A stretch of 64,000 nucleotides of DNA from Geobacter sp. UBA5735 (GTDB lineage: Bacteria > Desulfobacterota > Desulfuromonadia > Geobacterales > Geobacteraceae), in NCBI GenBank assembly GCA_002419385.1, contig DIFZ01000024.1, positions 749 to 64,748 on the forward strand, given 5' to 3'. Shown one piece after another: positions 1-8,237 of this stretch. Under the pieces are notes generated by a model. The model did no database searches, was not told where the DNA came from, and saw only the letters and a list, made by a program, of their open reading frames with translations. The stretch's first letter is position 1, and every line of letters starts with the position of its first letter. The position numbers were made by a program, and so were the translations under genes.

Positions 1-356
1 CGAAACCGCTCCAGCTGGCCAAAGGAGTTGAACACCAGGTGGTTGGATATCCGCAAAAGCTCCCTGACGTCGCTCTCCTTGAAGGCAGCTGCAAAACTGT
101 GCACCTCGCCGCCGAATTCCTCGAAACCCAGCCGCGCCTCCCATGGCGAACTGGCGCAGACGCCGTGCAACGTACGACGAATGATCGGGAAGACGCTCCA
201 CATGGCAAATGCCTTCAGCGCCATGAGGATCTTCGCCCCGCTCCGCTGCTGCACTTCGTCGAGGATGGCCAGGTTGTGGCGCAATCTCCCCAGGTCCACC
301 ACATAGGCGGGGGACGGCGCGAGACGCACTATTTTTTCGATGTCGATTCCGGTCAT
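1..356 (-). CDS. nspC: carboxynorspermidine decarboxylase, N-terminal ~118 codons (gene continues past the left window edge)
   Basis: Absent from the ORF track because no stop codon lies in the window. Hand translation of the minus strand from the ATG at 356-354 gives MTGIDIEKIVRLAPSPAYVVDLGRLRHNLAILDEVQQRSGAKILMALKAFAMWSVFPIIRRTLHGVCASSPWEARLGFEEFGGEVH... This is colinear with the N-terminus of NspC (PLP-dependent ornithine/DAP decarboxylase fold). There is a TAATG stop/start overlap with the upstream gene. Confidence 0.8.
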   Translation of the reverse strand, partial: MTGIDIEKIVRLAPSPAYVVDLGRLRHNLAILDEVQQRSGAKILMALKAFAMWSVFPIIRRTLHGVCASSPWEARLGFEEFGGEVHSFAAAFKESDVRELLRISNHLVFNSFGQLERF

Positions 357-1549
357 TACAATTCCGGCCATTCCCCTTCCACCACCACGTGCGGCAGGCC
401 CATCACCGACAGCCTCTCCAGGAACGGCTCCGGATCGAACTGCTCCATGTTGAACACTCCCTGGCCGCGCCACGTTCCGGTGAGCATCATGATGCCGCCA
501 ACCGCCGCCGGTACACCGGTGGTGTAGCTGATTGCCTGGGAATTGACCTCGCGGTAGCATTCTTCATGGTCGCAGATGTTGTAGATGTAGACCTGCTTCC
601 TCTGGCCATTCCTGATGCCGCGGGCAATGACGCCGATGCAGGTCTTGCCCTTGGTGAGCGGCCCCAGGCTGCCCGGGTCGGGGAGCACCGCTTTCAGGAA
701 CTGGAGCGGAATGATCTTCTGGCCGTTGTATTCCACCTCATCGATCCGCGTCATCCCAACGTTCTGCAGCACCTCCAGATGCTTCAGGTAATTGTCCGAG
801 AACGTCATCCAGAACTGTGCCTTTTTGATGGTCGGAATGTGCTTGACCAGCGACTCCATCTCCTCGTGGTACATGCGGTAAATGCTCATGGGCCCGATCC
901 CATCGGGGAAGTCGAAGGTCCGTTTGGTGGCCAGTGCAGCGGTCTCCACCCAGCCACCGTTTTCCCAATGGCGGCAGGGTGCCGTGACCTCGCGGATGTT
1001 GATCTCCGGGTTGAAGTTGGTGGCAAAGGGCTGGCCGTGGGAGCCGGCATTTGCGTCGATAATGTCCAGTTCGACGATCTCGTCCAGGTAGTTCTTTGCT
1101 GCCAGCGCGGTATAGACGTTGGTCACACCCGGATCGAATCCGCTGCCCAAGAGGGCCATAAGCCCCTTCTCGCGGAAACGGTCATGATAGGCCCACTGCC
1201 AGCTGTACTCAAATTTAGCCGTGTCGCGCGGCTCGTAATTGGCAGTGTCCAGGTAGTCAATTCCGGTCTCCAGGCAGGCATCCATGATGGTCAGGTCCTG
1301 GTACGGCAGCGCCACGTTGATGACCAGCTTCGGCTGTTCCCGCTTCAGCAGGTCGACCAGTTCCGGAACATTATCGGCATCTACCCTGGCGGTCTTGACC
1401 GGAAATGATATTTCCGCAGCAATTGCCCTGCATTTTGACTCGGTGCGGGACGCCAGGGTTATTTCCGTGAAAACGTTCGAAGCCTGGGCGCATTTGTGCG
1501 CCACAACACGGCCGACCCCACCTGCTCCAATGATAAGAATTTTGCTCAT
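356..1549 (-). CDS. carboxynorspermidine synthase (saccharopine dehydrogenase family)
   Basis: 397-aa ORF. It has an N-terminal Rossmann motif (ILIIGAGGVGRVVAHK). Blocks such as GFDPGVTNVY, FATNFNPEINIRE, LPDPGSLGP, ISYTTGVPA and GVFNMEQFDPEPFL are colinear with Vibrio carboxynorspermidine dehydrogenase as I remember it. It is directly coupled to nspC. Confidence 0.85.
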   Translation of the reverse strand: MSKILIIGAGGVGRVVAHKCAQASNVFTEITLASRTESKCRAIAAEISFPVKTARVDADNVPELVDLLKREQPKLVINVALPYQDLTIMDACLETGIDYLDTANYEPRDTAKFEYSWQWAYHDRFREKGLMALLGSGFDPGVTNVYTALAAKNYLDEIVELDIIDANAGSHGQPFATNFNPEINIREVTAPCRHWENGGWVETAALATKRTFDFPDGIGPMSIYRMYHEEMESLVKHIPTIKKAQFWMTFSDNYLKHLEVLQNVGMTRIDEVEYNGQKIIPLQFLKAVLPDPGSLGPLTKGKTCIGVIARGIRNGQRKQVYIYNICDHEECYREVNSQAISYTTGVPAAVGGIMMLTGTWRGQGVFNMEQFDPEPFLERLSVMGLPHVVVEGEWPEL

Positions 1550-1652
1550 TTCAGGCTCCCCTTCTTATGATTCCTTACCTGCAGCGGTACAGATGTGCAT
1601 ACTCTATTTCGATTCACTGCAACCCGTATCCGCTGATCATGGGCTTCATCAA

Positions 1653-2201
1653 TCAATAATCAAACGTCGGCGGTGTCACCACCCAGAGAATCCCGGCCTC
1701 GGTCTTACCGGGGTTTTTCACCGCATGCTTCCGGTCGGAACTGAAGTAGAAGCACTCGCCCTTCCTCACCGTGTAGCACTGATCGTCAAGGCACAACTGG
1801 ATACGACCCAGGAGGACGTAACCGAACTCTTCGCCCTCGTGGTATCCCTGTTCTTCCATCTGCTCGCCGGGCTTGATGGTAACCAGCACGGGATCCATTT
1901 CCCGGTTCTGGGCACCGGGGATCAGCAGCTCGACCTTTATGCCGTCGTTGTCGCCGGTGGACTGCACACGGGCGTCCGCCCCGAAAACAACGTCCTCATC
2001 CCGCGACTTTTCGGCGAAAAACTCTTCCATGGTGATGCCGAAAACATCAACGATGTCTTTCAACGTGGCAATGGACGGCGAAGTGGCATCGTTTTCCAGC
2101 TGGGAGATGTACCCCTTGGTCAGATCGGCCCTGCTCGCAAGCTCTTCCTGGGTCAGGGAGTTGACCATCCTCAGCCGCTTTAACCGTTCGCCGATCTTCA
2201 C
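1653..2201 (-). CDS. XRE-family HTH plus cupin transcriptional regulator
   Basis: Track ORF 1653..2213. It has an HTH_3 segment (LTQEELASRADLTKGYISQLENDATSPSIATLKDIV) and a C-terminal cupin barrel (GEEFGYVLLGRIQL...GECFYFSSDRKHAVKN). I moved the start to the GTG at 2201, which has GGAGGG 4-5 nt upstream. Confidence 0.8.
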   Translation of the reverse strand: MKIGERLKRLRMVNSLTQEELASRADLTKGYISQLENDATSPSIATLKDIVDVFGITMEEFFAEKSRDEDVVFGADARVQSTGDNDGIKVELLIPGAQNREMDPVLVTIKPGEQMEEQGYHEGEEFGYVLLGRIQLCLDDQCYTVRKGECFYFSSDRKHAVKNPGKTEAGILWVVTPPTFDY

Positions 2202-2211
2202 ACAGCCCTCC

Positions 2212-2232
2212 AAGTTTAGTAATGGTAAACTT
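2212..2232. promoter_or_regulatory. operator-like palindrome AAGTTTA-N7-TAAACTT (copy 1)
   Basis: Read directly: aagtttagtaatggtaaactt. It lies immediately upstream of the regulator start codon. Confidence 0.5.
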
Positions 2233-2243
2233 TTTGTTTAATG

Positions 2244-2268
2244 TAAAGTTTAGCATTTCTAAACTTTA
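2244..2268. promoter_or_regulatory. operator-like palindrome TAAAGTTTAG-N5-CTAAACTTTA (copy 2, same AAGTTTA-N7-TAAACTT core)
   Basis: Read directly: taaagtttagcatttctaaacttta. Its centre is 34 bp from copy 1. A third related perfect palindrome, atgtttaataaacat, follows at 2268..2282. Confidence 0.5.
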
Positions 2269-2439
2269 TGTTTAATAAACATGAAACAGGGAGCGGTTTA
2301 TACTACATATATTTTCGCTTGTCAACATCTTTTCCCCAGCATGTGCCATGAAAACACTCGGGAAAGCAGCTGAAAGGACGGAAAGGAATGGCGGTATCGG
2401 CAATGAAGGGCCGGACAGAAAACTCCGGATGCCATAAAG

Positions 2440-3129
2440 TCAGCTCGCCAGCTCCAGGCCGGCGCTGCGAAGGGGAGGGAAGACGTGCATTTTTTTCCTG
2501 CCCTGTTCCAGGAACAGTATTTCGTCGGCCAGCTTCTGCATCTCCCGGCGGCTGTGGGTCACCAGCACGAAGGGTATCTTCCACACCTGCTGCAACTGTT
2601 TCAGTTCGGCCTGGAGATTTATCCGGTTGCGATGGTCCAGCGCGGACAACGGTTCGTCCAGCAGCAGGAGATCCGGTTCCACCATCAGTGCTCGGGCCAG
2701 GGCGATGCGCTGTTTCTCGCCGCCGGAGAGCTGGCAGGGGTACCTATCCTGGAGATGGGCCACCTTCAGCATGTCCATCACATCCATGGCGCCGATGCGG
2801 AAGTTCTTGCCCTTCTTGCAGGAGCGCGGAATGCCGTACATGACATTCCCCTTGACGGTCAGGTGTGGAAAAAGCGCATAATCCTGAAAAACATAGCCGA
2901 TTCGCCGGTTCCTTGCCGGTGTGCTGATCCCGTCACCAGCGGAAAAGAACAGCCGGTCGTCCAGGGAAATTCTGCCCGTATCCGGCTGCTGGAGGCCGGC
3001 GATGCAGTTCAGGACAGTAGTTTTCCCCGATCCCGATGGCCCGAAGAGAACCAGGATGCCCCTGTCGAACTCGAATGCTATGTCGACGGTGAAACCGGGA
3101 TGTTTTTTAAGAATCTCCACTTTCAGCAT
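2440..3129 (-). CDS. modC: molybdate-type ABC transporter ATP-binding protein (short form, no C-terminal TOBE/Mop domain)
   Basis: 229 aa. It has Walker A (GPSGSGKTT), the signature LSGGEKQRIALARAL and Walker B (LLLLDEP). It overlaps the end of the ModB-like permease gene by 23 nt. Its length leaves no room for the regulatory TOBE domain of E. coli ModC. Confidence 0.7.
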   Translation of the reverse strand: MLKVEILKKHPGFTVDIAFEFDRGILVLFGPSGSGKTTVLNCIAGLQQPDTGRISLDDRLFFSAGDGISTPARNRRIGYVFQDYALFPHLTVKGNVMYGIPRSCKKGKNFRIGAMDVMDMLKVAHLQDRYPCQLSGGEKQRIALARALMVEPDLLLLDEPLSALDHRNRINLQAELKQLQQVWKIPFVLVTHSRREMQKLADEILFLEQGRKKMHVFPPLRSAGLELAS

Positions 3130-3817
3130 GGGCAGGACTCCCTTTCTTCCAGGAGTGTATCTTGTTCCTGGACCACCAGTTAAGCCAGAACACCGCAGCG
3201 AATGACAGGATCGTAATCACCACTACCAGGTTCCGGGCAGCAGTCGTATCACCCGATTCCACGGCAAAGTAGATCGCCAGCGGAATGGTCTGGGTCTTGC
3301 CGGGAATGTTTCCCGCAACCATGAGTGTGGCGCCGAATTCGCCCAGCGCGCGCGCGAAGGAAAGCACCAGTCCTGCCAGGATTCCCGGCCAGGCCAAGGG
3401 CAGGGTCACGGTCAGGAATATGCGCAGTTCCCGTGCCCCCAGGGTACGTGCCGCCTGTTCGAGAGACACGTCAACGGCGGCGAATGCCGCCTTGGCGCTC
3501 TGGTACATGAGCGGAAAGGACACGACCGCCGATGCTATGACCGCTGCCCACCACGTGAAGACCAGCTGCGTGTCAAAGATTTCCAACAGGAAAGAGCCGA
3601 CCGGCCCCCGCTTGCCGAGGAGGATCAACAGGCCATAGCCGAGCACCGTCGGCGGAAGCACCATGGGAAGGATGATAAGCGACTCCACCAGGTTCTTGCC
3701 CGTAAATTCCTTGCGGGCCATGGTGCGCGCAACTGCCAGGCCGATGACAAAATCCACCGCAACGGCGACCAGCGCAACTTTCAAAGACAGGATTACGGGA
3801 TCGAGCATGGTCTCCAT
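3107..3817 (-). CDS. modB: molybdate ABC transporter permease
   Basis: 236 aa, polytopic. It has ModB-like blocks (ILPMVLPPTVLGYGLLILLGKRGPVG) and the EAA loop (EQAARTLGARELRIFLTVTLPLAWPGILAG). An alternative ATG lies at 3808. Confidence 0.75.
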   Translation of the reverse strand: METMLDPVILSLKVALVAVAVDFVIGLAVARTMARKEFTGKNLVESLIILPMVLPPTVLGYGLLILLGKRGPVGSFLLEIFDTQLVFTWWAAVIASAVVSFPLMYQSAKAAFAAVDVSLEQAARTLGARELRIFLTVTLPLAWPGILAGLVLSFARALGEFGATLMVAGNIPGKTQTIPLAIYFAVESGDTTAARNLVVVITILSFAAVFWLNWWSRNKIHSWKKGSPAHAESGDS

Positions 3818-3931
3818 TCCAGGTTTATTGCTCTGTAGTCATTCATGAATTAATAAATTATCACGAGTACCCTCCCTTGCGGGGAGGCCCGGGATGAGAA
3901 GGAAACAGCACACCCCCCATGGTTTTCTGTA

Positions 3932-4582
3932 TCAAGACAGGGAGCAGCCGGGCAAGCAGTGAAACGGCCTGATGTTGACGGCATCCACCCGCAGCGATCC
4001 GTTCGCCCTGGCGAGAAGGTTGAGGCAACCGTACTCCTGGCCCAGCAGAAAAAGGTTTTTCAGCGGCATGCCCAGGACATGGCAAAGGATCACCCGGTTG
4101 ACCCCGGCATGACCGACCACCAGGATCGTTCCCTCTTCCCGCTCCGCGATGTCCCGTAGAACCGGGACAACCCGATTCTGAAGATCCGCGAAGCTTTCTC
4201 CTCCGGGTGGACGATGGTGCTCAGGGTTCAATCCCCTGTCTGCGTACTCCACCGGTTGACTGTCACATAAGTCCGCCATTGCCAGGCCTTCCCAGCTCCC
4301 CATGGAGAGCTCCCTCAGCCCTGGATGAGGGGTGATCAATGCCTCGCTCCCGACCATGACGATCCCTGCGGTTTCCAGCGAGCGCTTAAGGTCGCTGCAG
4401 AAAACATGGCTGAACCGGGTGGAGGAGAGTTTGGAGCGCCACCAGTCGGCCTGTTCCCTGCCCCGATCGTTGAGAGGGTCATCGGATTGCCCGATATACC
4501 TCTTCACTGTGTCCTTCCTGGAATCTCCGTGCCGCAGGAGGAAAATCGGCCCGGTTTGAGCTTTGCCAGGTACGATCTTCAT
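3932..4582 (-). CDS. histidine phosphatase family protein (PGAM/CobC-like)
   Basis: 216 aa. It has the catalytic RHG motif (FLLRHGDS) and a later ...VGHAGVNR... block. There is an ATGA start/stop overlap with the upstream gene. Confidence 0.75.
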   Translation of the reverse strand: MKIVPGKAQTGPIFLLRHGDSRKDTVKRYIGQSDDPLNDRGREQADWWRSKLSSTRFSHVFCSDLKRSLETAGIVMVGSEALITPHPGLRELSMGSWEGLAMADLCDSQPVEYADRGLNPEHHRPPGGESFADLQNRVVPVLRDIAEREEGTILVVGHAGVNRVILCHVLGMPLKNLFLLGQEYGCLNLLARANGSLRVDAVNIRPFHCLPGCSLS

Positions 4583-5730
4583 AGACAGCCGTTTTCCGGG
4601 CTGCCCAGCCCGTCTTCCACCATCACCTGGACGACGGGGCAGCCCAACCGGCGCTCGATGCGCCCGCGCACCGACAGGGCATTTTCAAGCCTTCCCCGGG
4701 CCGCCCTGCCCGCCTCGGCGTCGGACTCGAGGGAAAGGAGACGGGGTGCGAACCGTTGCTCTACGGTAACGTACCTGTCCCTCTGCGTCATCTTGTCCGC
4801 CAGATAGAGCACTTCGCTTTCGCCAATGGAAGCGCCGCTCTCCAATACGATATCCATATGGACAGCCACTACTTCGGCAACGGGGCCGTATCCGAGTCCA
4901 GCCAGAAGTTTTGCGCCTTCACGGGCATGATCCTTCCTGCCCCTGGCGGCATCGTGCAGCAGTGCCGCGGCAGCCAGAAGATCGAGGTCCAGGCTGCAGC
5001 CGACATGGTTCAGCCTGCGCGCCAGGGAAAGTGCGAGCCTGGACACGGCGCGGCTGTGCTTTAGCAGCGGCGCCTCCGCTGCAAACTTCTTCACCAGAAG
5101 GTCCTCGCATTCCCGTACCGATGGAATTCCACGCCTCCGCATGATGGCATTGAGGCGATCGTAGTCCTCAGGAGTGTCCATGTCGTGGAGAATGCCCTCG
5201 TCATCCGTCTCCAAATCGCAGGAATCGTCGTAGTTGCGTGCCAATACGGGCTTCAGCCCGCCTTCTCCACTCCATTCCAGGATCACGTCACGATAGCGCG
5301 CAGCTATTAGCGGCGGATGGCCGCGCTTACCCTTGCAGACAGGATACAGGATGCCGCAGGTACCGTTTCGAAAAGCCCGCACCAGGGTGGAAACGGTCTC
5401 GACCCTGACCAGCGGAATGTCCACCGGCAGCAGAAAAAACGCCTCCACATCATCATCGAGGCTTGCGACACCGGCAACAATGGAACTGAACATGCCCTCC
5501 CGGTAACGGTCATTCACCACCGGGCGAACCTGCATGCATTTCAGCACCGGCAGCAGGTCTTCCGCCCGGTGCCCGACAACGACACGGATATCGTCGATGC
5601 CGGCATCGCGAAACAGGTCAACCGCCCGTTCCATTACGGTCGAATCACCCAGGGAAAGGAGCGGCTTGAACTCCCTCATGCGGGAAGAGTAGCCAGCCGC
5701 GAGGATTATGGCCGAGATCCTTCCATCCAT
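4579..5730 (-). CDS. MobA/MocA-like nucleotidyltransferase fused to an HD phosphohydrolase domain
   Basis: 383 aa. The N-terminus SAIILAAGYSSRM...KPLL is typical of molybdenum cofactor cytidylyl/guanylyl-transferases. The C-terminal half carries HD motifs (ALLHDAARG...KDHAREGAKLL). From memory this fusion is annotated as a DVU_1551-type NTP transferase, which I could not verify. Confidence 0.75.
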   Translation of the reverse strand: MDGRISAIILAAGYSSRMREFKPLLSLGDSTVMERAVDLFRDAGIDDIRVVVGHRAEDLLPVLKCMQVRPVVNDRYREGMFSSIVAGVASLDDDVEAFFLLPVDIPLVRVETVSTLVRAFRNGTCGILYPVCKGKRGHPPLIAARYRDVILEWSGEGGLKPVLARNYDDSCDLETDDEGILHDMDTPEDYDRLNAIMRRRGIPSVRECEDLLVKKFAAEAPLLKHSRAVSRLALSLARRLNHVGCSLDLDLLAAAALLHDAARGRKDHAREGAKLLAGLGYGPVAEVVAVHMDIVLESGASIGESEVLYLADKMTQRDRYVTVEQRFAPRLLSLESDAEAGRAARGRLENALSVRGRIERRLGCPVVQVMVEDGLGSPENGCL

Positions 5731-5731
5731 C

Positions 5732-6784
5732 TCAAAAACCTATCTGAGATCTCACCAGGATAAGCTGGGCGACGATACTGACTGCGATTTCCTCGGGCGT
5801 TTCAGCATGGATATCAAGCCCGATGGGATTGTGCACCCGTTTCAGGTCATCTTCCGTGAAGCCTTTGCCAAGCAGTTCCTCATAAAGCAGATGCTGTTTC
5901 CGCTTGCTGCCGATCATGCCTATGTAGCCCGCCTTCGTGCGCAGTGCCTGCTCCAGCACGGTCTTGTCATGGAGATGCCCACGCGTGACGATAACCAGGT
6001 AACTGTCCCCTTCGATCTCGAGCCCGTCGAAGAGGTTTTCATAGGAAGGGATAACGATGATCTGGTCCGCTTTGGGAAAACGCTCCTTGTTGGCGAATTC
6101 CGCCCGGTCATCAAGAACCACGGTGCGGAAATCAACCGTGGACGCCAGGTCCGCAACCGGGCGTGACACATGTCCGGCTCCGAACAGATAGACCGTACCG
6201 GGCAGAAAAGTGGGCTCTACGAAAAATCTGTTCCCTTCCAGAGAAACGGTTACCGGGCTCTTCTTCAAAGCCGACTCCCCGGTCAGACGAGGAATCCAGG
6301 ATTCGGTCCCCGGGAAACTTCCCAGATCCAGCTTGTCTCTCCGCACCAGGCAGTATTCCATCCGGGACACGCTGTCCCCCTTGGTATCAAGGGACTTGAT
6401 GAGATAGCCCTTTTTCCCTTCCTGGAGGGATGTTACCAGCTTGCGGAACTCGCTTGCCCCCTCATGCGAAGCAGTCAGATATTCCACCAGGAACTCAAGG
6501 CGGCCGCCGCAGATCATCTGATCGGTGGTGGCTGCATCCTCACCGGTGAGATCGACGGTCACAATCCGCGCCTTCCGGCTGTCGAATATTTCACGGGCCA
6601 GCTTCTGCATCTCGAACTCCACCAGGCCGCCGCCGATGGTGCCGATGATCGAACCATCCCGGCGGGCGAACATCTTTGAACCTACGGAACGGGGGGTCGA
6701 ACCCGCATGCTTGATAATGGTGGCCTGGACCAGGTCTTCGCCGCCTTCCAGAATATGGCAAATCCCTTGCAGTTGCTTGAGCAT
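5732..6784 (-). CDS. XdhC/CoxI family molybdoenzyme maturation protein
   Basis: Track ORF 5732..6976. I trimmed it to the ATG at 6784 (MLKQLQGICHILEGGED...). The upstream 64 codons overlap the ligase gene and look non-coding. It has an XdhC_CoxI N-domain and a Rossmann-like C-domain (VYLFGAGHVSRPVADLA). Confidence 0.8.
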   Translation of the reverse strand: MLKQLQGICHILEGGEDLVQATIIKHAGSTPRSVGSKMFARRDGSIIGTIGGGLVEFEMQKLAREIFDSRKARIVTVDLTGEDAATTDQMICGGRLEFLVEYLTASHEGASEFRKLVTSLQEGKKGYLIKSLDTKGDSVSRMEYCLVRRDKLDLGSFPGTESWIPRLTGESALKKSPVTVSLEGNRFFVEPTFLPGTVYLFGAGHVSRPVADLASTVDFRTVVLDDRAEFANKERFPKADQIIVIPSYENLFDGLEIEGDSYLVIVTRGHLHDKTVLEQALRTKAGYIGMIGSKRKQHLLYEELLGKGFTEDDLKRVHNPIGLDIHAETPEEIAVSIVAQLILVRSQIGF

Positions 6785-6789
6785 AAGAT

Positions 6790-8124
6790 TTATCTCTCCT
6801 CTCGGCTGTCGATTATTTTTCTCTTGATACTGCCGGTCGATATCCAGTTCTCGGAACTGGCGCGAATGGGCGCGATGGCAAGGAACCCGTTGTCGATTGC
6901 CGTCCGGATGGCCGGGATCGCTTCCAGCTTTTTCGCAGCCTGACTGCAAAGGTTCTCCGCATGGATATCTGCGCAATAGAGGGTTACACGAATGATTTGC
7001 ACATCACTCTCGCTTGCCAGTTCGACCCGGAAATTGAGCAGGCCGGGCAGAGGAAACAGCGCCTCGTCAAGGTCAGCAACGGTCAGATTCGCTCCTCCGC
7101 CCAGCCCGACTCCTCCCTGCAATCGGCCTCTCACCCACTCCAAACGCTTCAGGACCGTACCGCAGGGACACGGTTCCGGAATGAACCGCGACAGGTCGCC
7201 GGTGCGGTAGCGTACCAGCGGCATGCCTTTGCGGGTCAGCGTGGTGAACACCACTTCGCCTGGTTCTCCGTCAGGAACGGGTCGGCCCGTGTCCGGGTCG
7301 ATCATCTCGAAAAAGAGATCGGCTTCCCTGATGTGATACCCGTGGAGTGCACTGCAGTCCACCGCAGCGCCAAGCCCCATTTCGGTCATGCCGTAGTGGT
7401 TGAAGACCATGCATCCCCATGCGCTCTCGATCTCCCTCACGATGGCCGCCGGGACATAATCAGCACTCAACAGGACACTCCTGATCATTCCCTTCGGTAT
7501 GGACACGGCGTCCCGGTGGCGAACCAGGCTCAGCACCTGGACCGGAATGCCGATGAGGCAGTCAACCTCATGCTCCACGATCCCGGCAATGGTCTTCCCG
7601 CTGTCCAGGACTATCCCGTGCGGAATACCCTGTACATCCATGCGCCGCAGCGCCTTGACCATCAGGTTTCCCACAGTGCCGTGCCGGTCTGCGGGCATGA
7701 GTATGAGCACCTTTCCGCCCGGCCGGACCAGGGCTTTCATGCCGTGGTGGAACAGGTCGGTGGTCAGTTCGAGATCTTCCTCAGTGAAATGGATCCGCTT
7801 GGCATGGGTGGTGGTGCCGGAAGTGTTCAATGTCACGATGCGGGAAATCTCGTCCCGTGAAACGCACAGGAAGCGGAGATCATTCTCCTGGATGTCTTCA
7901 GCGGCAGTGAAAGGAAGGGATGCGATGTCTGTGAGTCCCTTCAGGTCACAGCCATGCACTCCCGCGAAAAGTTGACGGTAAAAGGGGCTGCGTGTCCGGA
8001 CGTAGTCGACCGTTTCACGCAGCTTCCCCAACTGATGCAGATCGATTTCCTCCCGCAGTTCAGCTCCTGTGGCGGAAGTGCCCAGTTTTTCCCTTATCCA
8101 TGGCTCTAAAGGGGTTATTTCCAT
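6790..8124 (-). CDS. PaaK / coenzyme F390 synthetase-like AMP-dependent ligase
   Basis: About 444 aa. It has an adenylate-forming core (TSGTTTHAKRI, YGMTEMG, YRTGD). The start was set at the ATG at 8124 (AAAGG upstream); the track start at 8142 is a TTG. From memory it resembles the DVU_1553-type ligase family. Confidence 0.75.
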   Translation of the reverse strand: MEITPLEPWIREKLGTSATGAELREEIDLHQLGKLRETVDYVRTRSPFYRQLFAGVHGCDLKGLTDIASLPFTAAEDIQENDLRFLCVSRDEISRIVTLNTSGTTTHAKRIHFTEEDLELTTDLFHHGMKALVRPGGKVLILMPADRHGTVGNLMVKALRRMDVQGIPHGIVLDSGKTIAGIVEHEVDCLIGIPVQVLSLVRHRDAVSIPKGMIRSVLLSADYVPAAIVREIESAWGCMVFNHYGMTEMGLGAAVDCSALHGYHIREADLFFEMIDPDTGRPVPDGEPGEVVFTTLTRKGMPLVRYRTGDLSRFIPEPCPCGTVLKRLEWVRGRLQGGVGLGGGANLTVADLDEALFPLPGLLNFRVELASESDVQIIRVTLYCADIHAENLCSQAAKKLEAIPAIRTAIDNGFLAIAPIRASSENWISTGSIKRKIIDSREER

Positions 8125-8187
8125 TGCATTACCTTTATTCAACGTTGCCGATTGTCATACCGGCTTCTCATCAATCATCATAGGCCA

Positions 8188-8220
8188 AGACCTGCCAGGT
8201 TTTCAAAACCTGGCAGGTCT
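8188..8220. repeat. perfect 33-nt palindrome between two genes of the operon
   Basis: agacctgccaggtttt c aaaacctggcaggtct: 16-nt arms that are perfect reverse complements. It lies in the 113-nt gap between the radical SAM stop and the ligase start. No U-tract follows on the transcribed strand. Confidence 0.6.
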
Positions 8221-8237
8221 GCGTCAACGTTCACTCT

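Noticed and set aside
389-1408. 339-aa plus-strand ORF
   Set aside because: It is antisense to the carboxynorspermidine synthase gene.
6785-6976. N-terminal 64-codon extension of the XdhC ORF
   Set aside because: It overlaps the 3' end of the ligase gene and has a non-protein-like composition. The internal ATG at 6784 gives a canonical XdhC N-terminus 5 nt after the ligase stop.
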